Positions 24,542 through 35,074 of a stretch of 64,000 bases of DNA are shown piece by piece. The DNA comes from Scyliorhinus canicula (taxonomy: Eukaryota), in NCBI RefSeq assembly GCF_902713615.1, contig NC_052153.1:94242301-94306300 (forward strand), given 5' to 3'. Numbering within the stretch: the first letter of the stretch is position 1; each line of letters begins with the position of its first letter. The translations under genes and the position numbers were made by a program. The notes beneath the pieces are model-generated. The model was not told where the DNA came from. It worked only from the letters and a program-made list of their open reading frames with translations, and did not search any database.

Positions 24542-26541
24542 CAAGATCCTGAATGGTCTTGACAAGGTAGATGTGGGAAGGATGTCTCCTCTTGTGGGCG
24601 AGTCCAAAACTAGTGGGGAGGCACTGTTTTAAAATTTGGGTTCATCCTTATAAGACAATGAGGAGGATTGTTTTCTACCAGAGGGTTGTGAAACTTTGGA
24701 AATCAAGGCGGTGGAGGTGGGATTCATTGTATATTTTTAAGGCGGAGGTAGACAGATTCTTGTTAGGCAAGAGGGTTATTGAGGATAGGTGGGAGTATGA
24801 AAGCTGAAACACAGATCAGTTATGATCTTATTCAATAGCAGAGCAGGCCTACTTTTGCTCCAATTTTGTATGTTTCTATGTTCATAACCATGCCACTGCA
24901 ACAAAAGCTACTAACTTTTGCTAACTCATTAACAAGATTTGAACACCATTTACAATAACAGGAGTTAATTAGACGTTTGTTCATTCCAATAAATCAAGTT
25001 CATATATGTACATGAATATTCATTGATAGATACTGCACCATATAAACCTTCCCAATGGCTCACTGACATACAGAAAAAACAATTCAGGGGTAAACCGGGT
25101 TGTTTCGAATTAACATTTTGCTTGACAGCTAGCAACATGACTTATTGCTTAAAGACCGTCAAGAATTTCAGTTCCACATCTTATATCGCTGTCACTCTAT
25201 TATCTGGTAACAGCTCGTAGTTTCGGAGAATTATGGCTTGGAATACAACTTCGCCACACATCCCTTAGCTGGGTGCAGAGGTTGAAACCTCTCAATCTAC
25301 CCCTGTGTAGACTGCATTGCATACATACAGCCAGGAAATCAGAGGGAGTAAACAAAACACTCTGGATACACTAAAACTATTGATTGAGAAAGAGGCATGT
25401 GCATGCCTGAGTATCGTAGTTACGCCCACCCAATCCTGTACATGAGTAAATGCCTAGATGCATTAGCCGCCAGCTGATTCAGTTTTGCATAAAAGCACGA
25501 TTGATCGAAAGAGTCAGCTTCTCAAAAGTGAGATTTTCTCCTCGTACAAGTGTCAGCTTGGCTCAGTTTATGCACTCCAATCGGAGCACGTTGATAAAAG
25601 CAACATTGAGAGCATTTACCATCATCATATCAATGGGGAAACAAAAACACTGGAAAATTGTTCCCTTTGACAGTTAAACATTTGGCCATTATCCTATCGC
25701 AAATTGTAATGCCTGGCTTCTAGATATAAAATTCAATTAAAAGACTGAGAACTCTTAGTTATTACTAATGAATTGTGGACTACTGTATCTGTTGGCTTAA
25801 TCCACAGAATCCCCGCAGTGCAGAAGAACATTCGGCTGCACCGGCCCTACGGAGTTCACCCAACCGATGCTGACTCCCTGCACTATCCCCGTAACCCCAA
25901 CTAATTTATAGACACTAAAGGGCAATTTAGCATGGCCAATCCACCTAAACTCCATATCTTGAGACAGTGGGAGGAAACCCATGCAGACACAGGTAGGACA
26001 GGCAAACTCCACATAGTCAACTAAGGCTGGAATTGAACCCGGATCCCTGGCAGCAAACCAACCCAAAGATTCATTCAGAAAAATTCATACATTTTGGTAT
26101 ACAATGGAGTTATTTGATCATGACTGGGTTCTCAAATACTGCACATAGCGATAGAGATAGATTTGAATGAACCAAACCTTTCATCCCAACTGACCTCTGT
26201 AGACTAGCAGTTTTATGAAGTTCCAACAACAACATCCAGTTAGAATGAGTTATTCATTCCAGCAACCGAATTCAGGAGGTAACTGTATATGAAAACAAAA
26301 CTTCCTGATGCCAATACTAATTTTACCCTTCACAATCATGAGCCTACACATCATTAGATACATAAAGATTATATGTGGAATCCTGCATGTTAGGGCAACC
26401 AGTCAAAGGCAGTGTTTATTTTCAACATGAGCTCAATATCAAGTGCATCCATATTCCTTTATCTCAAACAGTAGCCAATCTATGCTTAAAACATGACATG
26501 ATCGTTGCTTCAATTACTTTCTGATAATGTGTTTCGCAGCT

Positions 26542-28060
26542 AGACTTCCGGTGGCGGCAATGGTGAGTGGTTGCACAGTTGGCAGCTCCCACTAGAGGTG
26601 TTTTTTTTGGTCCTTCTCCCCAGTTGCCGGGTGGATGTTTTGGAGAAAAAAGGTGCAGAACTGGTGGAGAAAAAGTATACTCCACTGACGAGGTCGGTGG
26701 ATGGATCCGCGGACCAGAAGTGGGTCTAGAGTAAAGAAGCTGCAGGAGCAAGAAACATTGTTTTCCATTTGAAGGCAACGAGCTCTGGGTATATCAGGAC
26801 CTGGGCACGGAGCTGCCAAAGAGTCGTCGGATTCAACCGGGTGAAGGCTGCCCTCTTTAAGAAAGGGGTGAATTTCAGGATGATGTACCCGGCCCGCCTT
26901 TGGGTGACCCACAACAGCCGCGAATATTAATTTGGAAATTCGGAGGAGGCAATGGAGCTTTTGAGAGACAATAAACTGGCGGGTGAGGGGGGAAATGGAA
27001 CCTGGGAGGAAATGTGAGCTGTTGTGGGTTCTTCCTGCCCCTCTTTTTGTTGTACTGCTGTGTTCTTTTTTGGGTGATGGTCAGGGGAGAACCTCTCTTC
27101 TCTCAGGGGTCGTTTAGCTGTTTTATTGGGTTCTTTGGTGGGAGGCTGCAGAACAGTGGAGGATGAGTGTACCTTTTTCTTCCTCTTCTCCTCATTATTG
27201 CTGTTTGCACTTTGGTAATGTGCGAGCAGGGGAAAGGGGAATCAATGGAGGGTAGAATGCTTGGCGCCATGGGCTGGGTCTGCCAGGCTAGCTGGGCATG
27301 CTAGCTCACGGGAGTGCAGTGGTAGGCGATCAGGTGGTTAGAGCTTTAGAGGGGGATGGGATTGTTGCGTTGTTTAGGGGAGGGGGGGTTGATGTGCAAT
27401 AAGGTGGGAATTGGTGACTGGACATCTGAGGACGGGTCTGTCCGGTTACGGGACGCGAGTCGAGGGCTAGTCCAAGAAGGGTGACAGTTGATTGGCAGGG
27501 CAAGGGAGTGCGGTGCCCCACCGACTAGGCTGGTCACAATCAACCGATGACGTGTGTTCGCGCACCTGAGCTGAAAGGCAGATGTGGCATTTCTACAGGA
27601 AACATGTGAAGATGGAGGACCAAATTAGGCTGAGGAAGAGGTGGATTGGACAGGTTTTACATTCGGAGTTGGATATGAAGACGCAGGGAGTGGTGGTGCA
27701 AATAAACAAGTGGGTTGAGTTTGAGATGGGGAACATCGTGGCAGACCGGGGGGGAAGACGGGACATCGAGCCAAGATTGGACCGGTTGAGTCCGTGATTG
27801 GGGAGGGTGACAGCCGTGGCGAAGGAGCTTAGGGAGTTCATGGAGGGGTGGACCCGTACAGGTTTGGGAGACCGAGGAAGAAGGAATTTTCGTACTTCTC
27901 CCACATGCACAAGGTGTACTCGCAGATCAATTACTTTGTGGTGGATAACACTCTGCTGGTGGGGATGATGGATTTAGGGTATTCAGCGATTGTTCTCTCT
28001 GACCAGGCGCCGCACTGGGTGGATTATTTAACGGATGCGCACAGGTATCGCAGAGGGTTT
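26542..28060 (+). mobile_element. L1-clade LINE 5' remnant with internal deletions
   Basis: Starts GACTTCCGGTGGCGG. ORF1 C-terminal remnant (YQDLGTEL..GFNRVKAALFKKG..MMYPARLWVT) and endonuclease remnants (DVAFLQETH-like, IDYF-like, SD[H/Q]AP). Confidence 0.75.
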
Positions 28061-28064
28061 TAAG

Positions 28065-29120
28065 GCTGGAGATGACTAAGATGGGGGTGGGTGGTAAAGT
28101 CACACAGAGATTTGACCCAGCCACATGGAAGGAATAGCGATATATTTTCAAGTCAGGATGGTGAGTGGCTTGGAAGAGAACATGTGTTCCCATGTGTCTG
28201 CTGCCCTTCTCCTTCTGGATGGCAATGGTCATGGTTTTGGAAGATGCTGTCTTAGGAGCCTTGGTGAGTTCCTGTAGTGCATCTTGCATGGTACATTCTG
28301 CTGCTGCAGTGCATCAGTGGTGGAGGGACTGATTGTTTGTGGTGGGGTGCTTATCAAGTGGGCAGCTTTGTCCTGAATGGTGTTGGGTTTCTCGCGTTGT
28401 TGGAGGTGCACTCATCCAGGAAAGTGGAGAGTATTCCAACACACTCCTGGTTTGTGCTTTATTGATGGTAAACAGGCTTTTGGGAGGGGTGTGTGGGGAT
28501 GGGGTTTGGGGGTGGGGGGGGGTGGGGGGGGGGGGGGGGGGCACTGCAGAATTCCCAGTCTCTGATCTGCTGTTGTATCTATAGTATTCATACGGTTGGT
28601 CCAGTTCACCTGCTGGTCAATGTCAATCCCAAAATGTTGATCATGGGGCATCAGTGATGGTAATGCCAATGAACATCAAAAGGCACAGTTAGATTCTCTC
28701 TTGTTGGAGATGGTCATTGCCTGGCACTTGTGTGGCACACATGTTATTCATCAGTTCAAGCCTGGATATTGTCTCAACCTTGCTGCATTTGGATATGGGC
28801 TGCTTGGTATCCGAGGAATCACGAATGGTGCAATGATCAGCGAACATCCCCATTTCAGACCTTGTGATAGCAGGAAGGTCATTGATGAAGCATCTGAAAA
28901 TTGTTAGGCCAAACTCCTACCCTGAGGAACTACTACAGTGATGTCCTGGAGTGGAGATGACTGACCTCAACAGCCATCTTTCTTATTGCTCGGTATGACT
29001 CCATTCAGAGGCTGGTCCTTCCCCACCCACAATTCCCATTGACCCCCATTTGCTAGGATTCATTGATGCCATACTCAGTCAAATCCAGTCTTGATGTCAA
29101 GGGCCATCACTCTCACCTCT
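28065..29120 (-). mobile_element. CR1/L2-type LINE 3' fragment
   Basis: Minus strand has KAQTRSVLEYSPLSW and NTIQDKAAHLI. The same family occurs at ~170-660, 3890-4825 and 59320-59530. Confidence 0.8.
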
Positions 29121-29149
29121 AGAGTGAGCGTCAGTAAGAAGGCTATTGC

Positions 29150-29730
29150 TAAGCAAGTGCCACTTGATAGCTTTGGTTCTCTCACTGTTTAGTCATCAGA
29201 GATTTCTGCTCATCCAGGACTGGATGTCAGACAATCTAGAAGAAATATACTGATTGAGAGGTGTTGGTGTGGTTGAGCTGGGTTTCGTTAGCATACATGA
29301 AAGTTGGTAGTGTTTTGAGATGATGTCACAGATGGAACTAAGTGAGATGCTGAAATAAGGGTCCAGAGGAGCATTTAGATGCAGCACGTGGACAACATGA
29401 CCATCTGGAGGTGGACATATGGTCAGGCAGGGTGGCTTTTTTTAAGGGGAAGATGTGATTTACTTTGGCCATATTTCTGCCAAGGCCAATGATATTGATG
29501 CAAGCATCCACACTAAGCTCATGGATGGCAAAGACGTTGTCCATAAGTGAACGGATATTCTAGAGGGAACTGCAAAGAGGGGTAGTGAGAGTGATCTGCT
29601 GGCAGAGTCCACAGGGTAAGCACTTAGTAGGCACAAGTCAGATGTGGAAGACATTGGCCAGATTACTCTCAGTGAGCACAACAAAGTCAACTAGGACAGG
29701 GCATTTGGGAATGTTGCTAGTCAGGAGGTT
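29150..29730 (-). mobile_element. Old L2-type LINE RT remnant
   Basis: Minus strand has degenerate PQGS-LGP, YADDTQL-like (tatgctaacgaaacccagctc) and LSDIQSWMSRNL segments. Confidence 0.55.
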
Positions 29731-31344
29731 GCAACGAGTGAACCAGCAAACTTATTTATTTTGCATGAAATATGTAAATAGAATATGATTTCAAACAGTT
29801 GCATTTATTTTCTATCACTAACTGATCAAAAAAAGAGGACGAGGTACATTCACCTTCTGGACGTGGTTGAATATCCAGACTCAAGCACCCTGTTGCAGAC
29901 TTTTGCAGAGATTTAGAGCTAGGAAGAGAAATGCTAATCTCTAATCCTCCCTGCTATCTGATAAAGATTAGTCTATTGAGCTTCTAAAGCTAACGTCGAA
30001 GCTCATTGCATCGAATTTCCATGTTTCAGCTCATCTACCGAAGAAACCCTAAATCATGCCTTAATTACCTCGAGACCGGAATATTTCAATGCATTTTTGA
30101 CTGGCCACCCACATTCTACTCCACAAAACACACCTCTGATTAGGCTTTTGGTCATCTGACCTAGCTTTTAAAAATGTTTTTTGGTGCCATATTTTGTTTT
30201 ACAATGTTCCTGTCAAGCATCTTGGGTTATATTATTACGTTAAATGTGTTTTATAATTTTTTAAAACTAAATTTAGAGTCCCCAATTCATTTTTACAATT
30301 AAGGGGCAATTTAGTGTCGCCAATCCCAACCTACCCTGCACATCTTTGGATCGTGGGGGCGAAACCCACACAAACACGGGGAGAATGTGCAAACTCCACA
30401 CGGACAGTGACCCAGAGCTGTGATCGAACCTGGGACCTCGGCGCCGTGAGGCAGCAGTGCAAACCACTGCACTATTGTGCTGCCCCCTAAATGTGTTTTA
30501 TAAATATAAACTATTTTTGTTGTCTTTTAGGAAGTTTACTATTTTCCACGTTTTTGATTTCAAATCACAACAAACATTTGTAACCAGAATCACTTTCAGC
30601 CCCATTGTTGATCTAGGTGCCTTTTCTGTTAATTACTGATCTAACATGCAACATTAGCATACAATGGGAACAGCTCCCATCCACATCACCCCATCACTTG
30701 AGAAATATTTATGCAAGAGGATACAAATGCCAATTAATAAAAAATGTGTGCAACATTTTCTAAGCTCCAATAACTTACAGAAGAAAGATTGCTTTAAATT
30801 AATAGCTTTAACCAAAATATCTCTCCGCAGAAAAAACACTTCAATGTTTTCTCCCTGAAAGAAATATGTTATATTTTGTCCAAAAATCATTCACTAGGAG
30901 CTTTATACTGTTGACCCTCCTAGCTGAAATAACAACTTAGATGATATAATAATAATATTTAATATAATCTTTATTGTCACACATTAACACTGCAATGAAG
31001 TTACTGTGCACAATGTCTGGCTCAAACCACAGCTAAAATATAAATATTGATGATATGTATCATTTAGGCAGTCAGCTGGAAATTAAGTCACTAAAGTAGG
31101 TCTTTTGTCACAGGAAGATACAGTTTTATCCACAAGTACCACACAGCAAAACATTCTCAGCCACATATTGCCCCAGTTTATTTGAGACTTAACATTTTTT
31201 ACCTTCCCCCACCCCTGTCCCACCAGTCAATATTGCTCACTTAAAACATTAATAGGAAAGGTTATCTCTCTAGCTTCTGCTGGTACTACAAGCCTTCAAA
31301 GTTATTCCCAATTCTGTCTTCTTGCGCATCCATAATTTTAACTT

Positions 31345-32047
31345 GGTAGGGTACCAGACCAGACCCCAACTTTTGTTAGGATAACGGACAAGATCCGGAA
31401 CTGTGAGGAAAGGATACTTCATGCCAAGAGTGACCATTCTGACCAATAGGTACTTTTATAATTAAATTAAAATTTATATTAAAATTGTGAACTCAGAACT
31501 AATCACATTAGCATCAAAGAAATAGCTTTAGAATTTTAAACAGTTCACTTGGTAATTTACTATCTACACCTACCATTAATTTCAATTAAGCAATTCAAGA
31601 CCGTTCAAATGCCACTTATAAAGTTAACAAAACAGGGTACTTGCTTAGCTGTGTCGAGACTTTTGGAGAGAGAATATTTCAAGAGAAGACCCAGCACACC
31701 TCTGCCCAACCCAACAGAATTTGGCAGAATTGTTGTTCAATTTAAAATCCTACATCAGATTTCAAATTTACAGGTAGACCTGGCTCCTCCCTTTAGTTAG
31801 ATCATCTTTACCCCACAAAGTCCAAAACATGATTCCATTAGCCCTTTAGCGGTGACAAGTGTTAAAATTTATAATTACTCCATCTTTTATGACCCCTTAC
31901 TTACAGCTTTAGCAGTCACACAGTCTGGGTACCTTAACCTAGGTTATTTAATAATATTACTTCAACAAATATGTACCTGAACCCTGGGTTTAAAATATTT
32001 CAACCAATGTAAAATATAAAATATAACCATTTTAACATTCATCACAA
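31345..32047 (-). mobile_element. Solo-LTR-like element, same family as 45653-46401
   Basis: Reverse complement of gtaccagaccagaccccaacttttgttaggat matches 46351-46400. Contains a ctggctcctccc motif. Confidence 0.55.
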
Positions 32048-34374
32048 ATTGTTCAACTATTGCTGGCCACATCAATAGTTGTCTAGGCCCGAAGCGCTGG
32101 AATTTCTCTCCTCCATCTCTCTTTAGAACTAACCTCTCTGGCTAAACTATTGATAAACTGTCCTAATGTTATCTTGCGTCTCAGTGTCAAATATTGTCCA
32201 ACAATACTCCCAAAGACTTGGGATAATTTGTGAAGTTAAAAAGCACCACTTAAATGCAAGTTGCGATAAGTTCTGAATGAAGTGACAGTAGTATGAACAG
32301 GTTTGGTACTGGGTTGTGGATGTACAAAATCAATAGCTTACTCAAGGTATTCTCAATTAACTAAAAATAGAATTTAACCAACCCAGGTAATTAATTCTAT
32401 GCACATTGCTGGCCAAAGCGAATCTGTTAATAACTACATAATCTACATTGCACATTCCATATACCTTTTGTCAGATGCTACTAGCAAAGGATGTAGTTGC
32501 ACAGAAGTTATTGAGAATGCACATCCAGCCCTTCAGTTGGAATGCCAGACAAAAGAGCAAACAAAATCATGGGCGGTACTGCAGCAGAGTGGTTAGCACT
32601 GCTGCCTCACAGCACCAGAAACCCAGGTTCCATTCCGTCTTGGGTGACTAACTGTGTGGAGTTTGTAAGTGCTCCCTGTGTCTGCACGGGTTTCCTCCAG
32701 GTGCTCCAGTTTCTTCCCACAGTCCAATGATGTGCAGGTTAGGTGGATTGGCCATGATAAATTGTCCCTTAACGTCCAGGGATGTGCAACTTAGGTCATG
32801 GGGTTATAGGTACGGGGGGGGGGGGGGGGGGGGGGGGGGGCTAGCAGTGTGGTTATGGCTAGATTGCTCATTTTTAAGGATCAATGCAGACTTGATGTTC
32901 CAAATGGCCTCTTTTTGCACTGTGGTGATTTTATGATTCCATGATATGATTCTATGTTTCTCACCTAAAAATTAGCATGAGGTAATGGGGATCATGCAAC
33001 AATCTCCAAGATTATTATAAATTCATACAAGTCATCCATCTTAGAATTACTTTCATTCATTGTTACACCATGAATATGAACTAAACAGGCAGCTTTCAAA
33101 CTATGGGGGTGCGGTGGGGGGGGGGGGGGGTGTCGAAGTTTGATTTTAAGTGGCAGTTTTAACTGGCATCAAAATCAAGCTGATATGTAACACATTTGTA
33201 AAGCAAGGAAGGCCCATTTCAAAGGCAAGCTATGACTAATTTATTATTTTTGCTGCTACCACAGAAGTTAAATCTACTGAAAGTGTTCTGTTTATTTAGA
33301 TTTTTTACATTAAATAAACCAGACTTTTCATTTAAAAACGGCAACGGCTCACGAGAGTGATCATCATTCTCGAGAGAGAACTGCTGTACATGCAACCCAG
33401 AGGTCCTATACTTGTGTCTCAGGGCCACGCCTGTGTTCAGCCAGGCGTAGTCAAGCTCTACTCCTGATCAGGGAGGGTGAAGGATCCACTTAGCGAGTCG
33501 CCAGAGACACTGATCCTAACAGAGTAGCTAGTACAGGTCTGAAATCTCCAACTGTAGTATTTTTATGATTCAACACTGGTTTGAGGTTGTCGGATTTTGT
33601 TTTGATTGAGAGATAGAAGACGGAGGTAAAGATCAGAATGCGGTCTATACATTGCACCGAGCATCGGTTCTTGCACAAAATGCTCTACAATTATATGAGT
33701 AAATCACAAAAATGTACCTTAATGAATGCTTCCAAGCAATATTTGAAGAAAAGCCAACAATTATGGTCGCTCGTGGTAACCCACAAGTGTTAGCAGCGCA
33801 GACAGAAAGAATGACAAACTGACGGGGGGGGGGGGGGGGGGGGGGCAGGAATATGCTGCAGATCCATTCAGCCAGCAGAGGATAGCTATTTATTATGTTA
33901 ACACCAGGTCACAACTTGACACTAGGAATAAGTCAGCGAATGCAAACTAGGCGTTTAATATCTTTGACAGAGTGGAGCCCGGGAGGTAGGAATTTGTCAA
34001 TCACAGGGGCTGCTGCCTCCTGAACCCCACCCATGGATCTTAGCTGCGTTGACACCAAGAGGAGAGGAACCAACTCTGCGAAATTTATCCCGACTTACCC
34101 CCAAATCCTTCACTTTTGCTGGGAAAATGTAAACACAAAAGAGCGTCTGAGTGGGAAAGGATTATGTTTCGTATTTAAAAACCAGAATAATTGACTTAAA
34201 ATCACCAGTGGATTCGGAGGTTCTGGACTCAAAGTTACAATGAGAGCCCGGAGAGAAAAGCTTCAAACTCCTCAGGAGAGATTTTACATGAAGCTCCCTG
34301 TGGGGGAAAAAGGTATGAAGTCAGTGAATCTGGTTCCCAAGTTCATTATAAACATGAAGGGAAAAACACCTTAC

Positions 34375-34408
34375 CGGGTTTGGCTGGTTTAGGCGGCGGT
34401 TTCGACAT
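34375..34408 (-). CDS. OSTF1: Osteoclast-stimulating factor 1, coding part of exon 1 (proline-rich N-terminus)
   Basis: Minus strand reads gcaacATG TCG AAA CCG CCG CCT AAA CCA GCC AAA CCC G|gtaagg = MSKPPPKPAKP(G), versus human MSKPPPKPVKPG. It is 34 nt with a phase-1 donor that joins exon 2 in frame. Exons 3 onward lie left of the window. Confidence 0.96.
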
Positions 34409-34479
34409 GTTGCTGTAATTAATTTGTATTTCTTGTTAATTCTAAAATTTGGTGCTGCCACAAAATATCCCAAAACTTT

Positions 34480-34860
34480 GCACCGGATTAAGGAAGTCCT
34501 GGCCCAGAGCGCGCGGGGCAGAACCAGGAAGTGCGGCACGGGACGCCCCACCCTTGCGTTGAACGCGATGACATCAGGACGATCGACCCGCCTCACGCTG
34601 AGCGCGGAAACATCGAAAAAAACGACCCGCCTCACGCTGAACGCGATGACATCAGAAAGAAGCCCCCCCCCCCTACACTGAGCGCGATGACATCAGGATG
34701 GTCGACCCGCCTCACGCTGAGCGCGGAAACATCGAAAAAACGACCCGCCTCACGCTGAACGCGATGGACATCAGAGAGAAGCCCCCCCCCCCCTTACACT
34801 GAGCGCGATGATATCAGAAAGAACGACCCTCCCCTCGCGTTACCGGAAGCCAAGGTACTA
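34480..34860. promoter_or_regulatory. CpG-rich promoter of OSTF1, probably bidirectional and shared with NMRK1
   Basis: CpG-dense stretch immediately 5' of the OSTF1 ATG. ETS/GABP-type cores occur at AGGAAGT (~34490), CAGGAAGT (~34525) and CCGGAAG (~34843), plus repeated TGACATCA motifs. A possible plus-strand donor AAG|GTACTA at 34854/34855 could end a non-coding NMRK1 exon 1 (inference). Confidence 0.75.
34560..34840. repeat. Higher-order minisatellite: seven ~39-bp units arranged ABC-ABC-A'
   Basis: Units begin tga[a/g]cgcg at 34560, 34599, 34638, 34679, 34718, 34756 and 34800. The first trimer (~119 bp) is repeated almost exactly. Confidence 0.92.
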
Positions 34861-35074
34861 ATGAAGGCTGGGTTCTAACGCAAAATCATAGGCCTGAATC
34901 GTTAGATTCCTGTCTCTTTGTACACATGCTTCTTGACATTCTGAATATTTCCAGCATTTTGTGTTTTTTTAATAAATGTTGGAGTTGAGGAGTTGGGCAG
35001 GACAGTCACTTTTCAATAAAGAGCTGCAGCACTTCCTTCCCCAGTTGCCCGCAGAGGTAGCTGGAGATAGATCA

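Larger units (their letters stand above)
23560..24880 (+). mobile_element. CR1 LINE 3' fragment with a nested SINE and a short insert
   Basis: KFAGDTK, LQTDIDRVSEWA and EYCVQFW-like sequence, with a 3' tail ..gtatgtttctatgtt. Confidence 0.8.
3267..34374 (-). other. OSTF1: OSTF1 intron 1 (~31.1 kb, repeat-rich)
   Basis: Bounded by GT at 34374-34373 and AG at 3268-3267 on the minus strand, between two in-frame exons. Confidence 0.9.

Noticed and set aside
34321-34758. ORFs of 75-104 aa across the promoter
   Set aside because: They arise from the GC-rich minisatellite. The real coding exon is the 34-nt OSTF1 exon 1, which the ORF track misses.
34560-34840. Regularly spaced repeats resembling a CRISPR array
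   Set aside because: The units are contiguous diverged tandem copies without unique spacers, the context is eukaryotic, and there are no cas genes.
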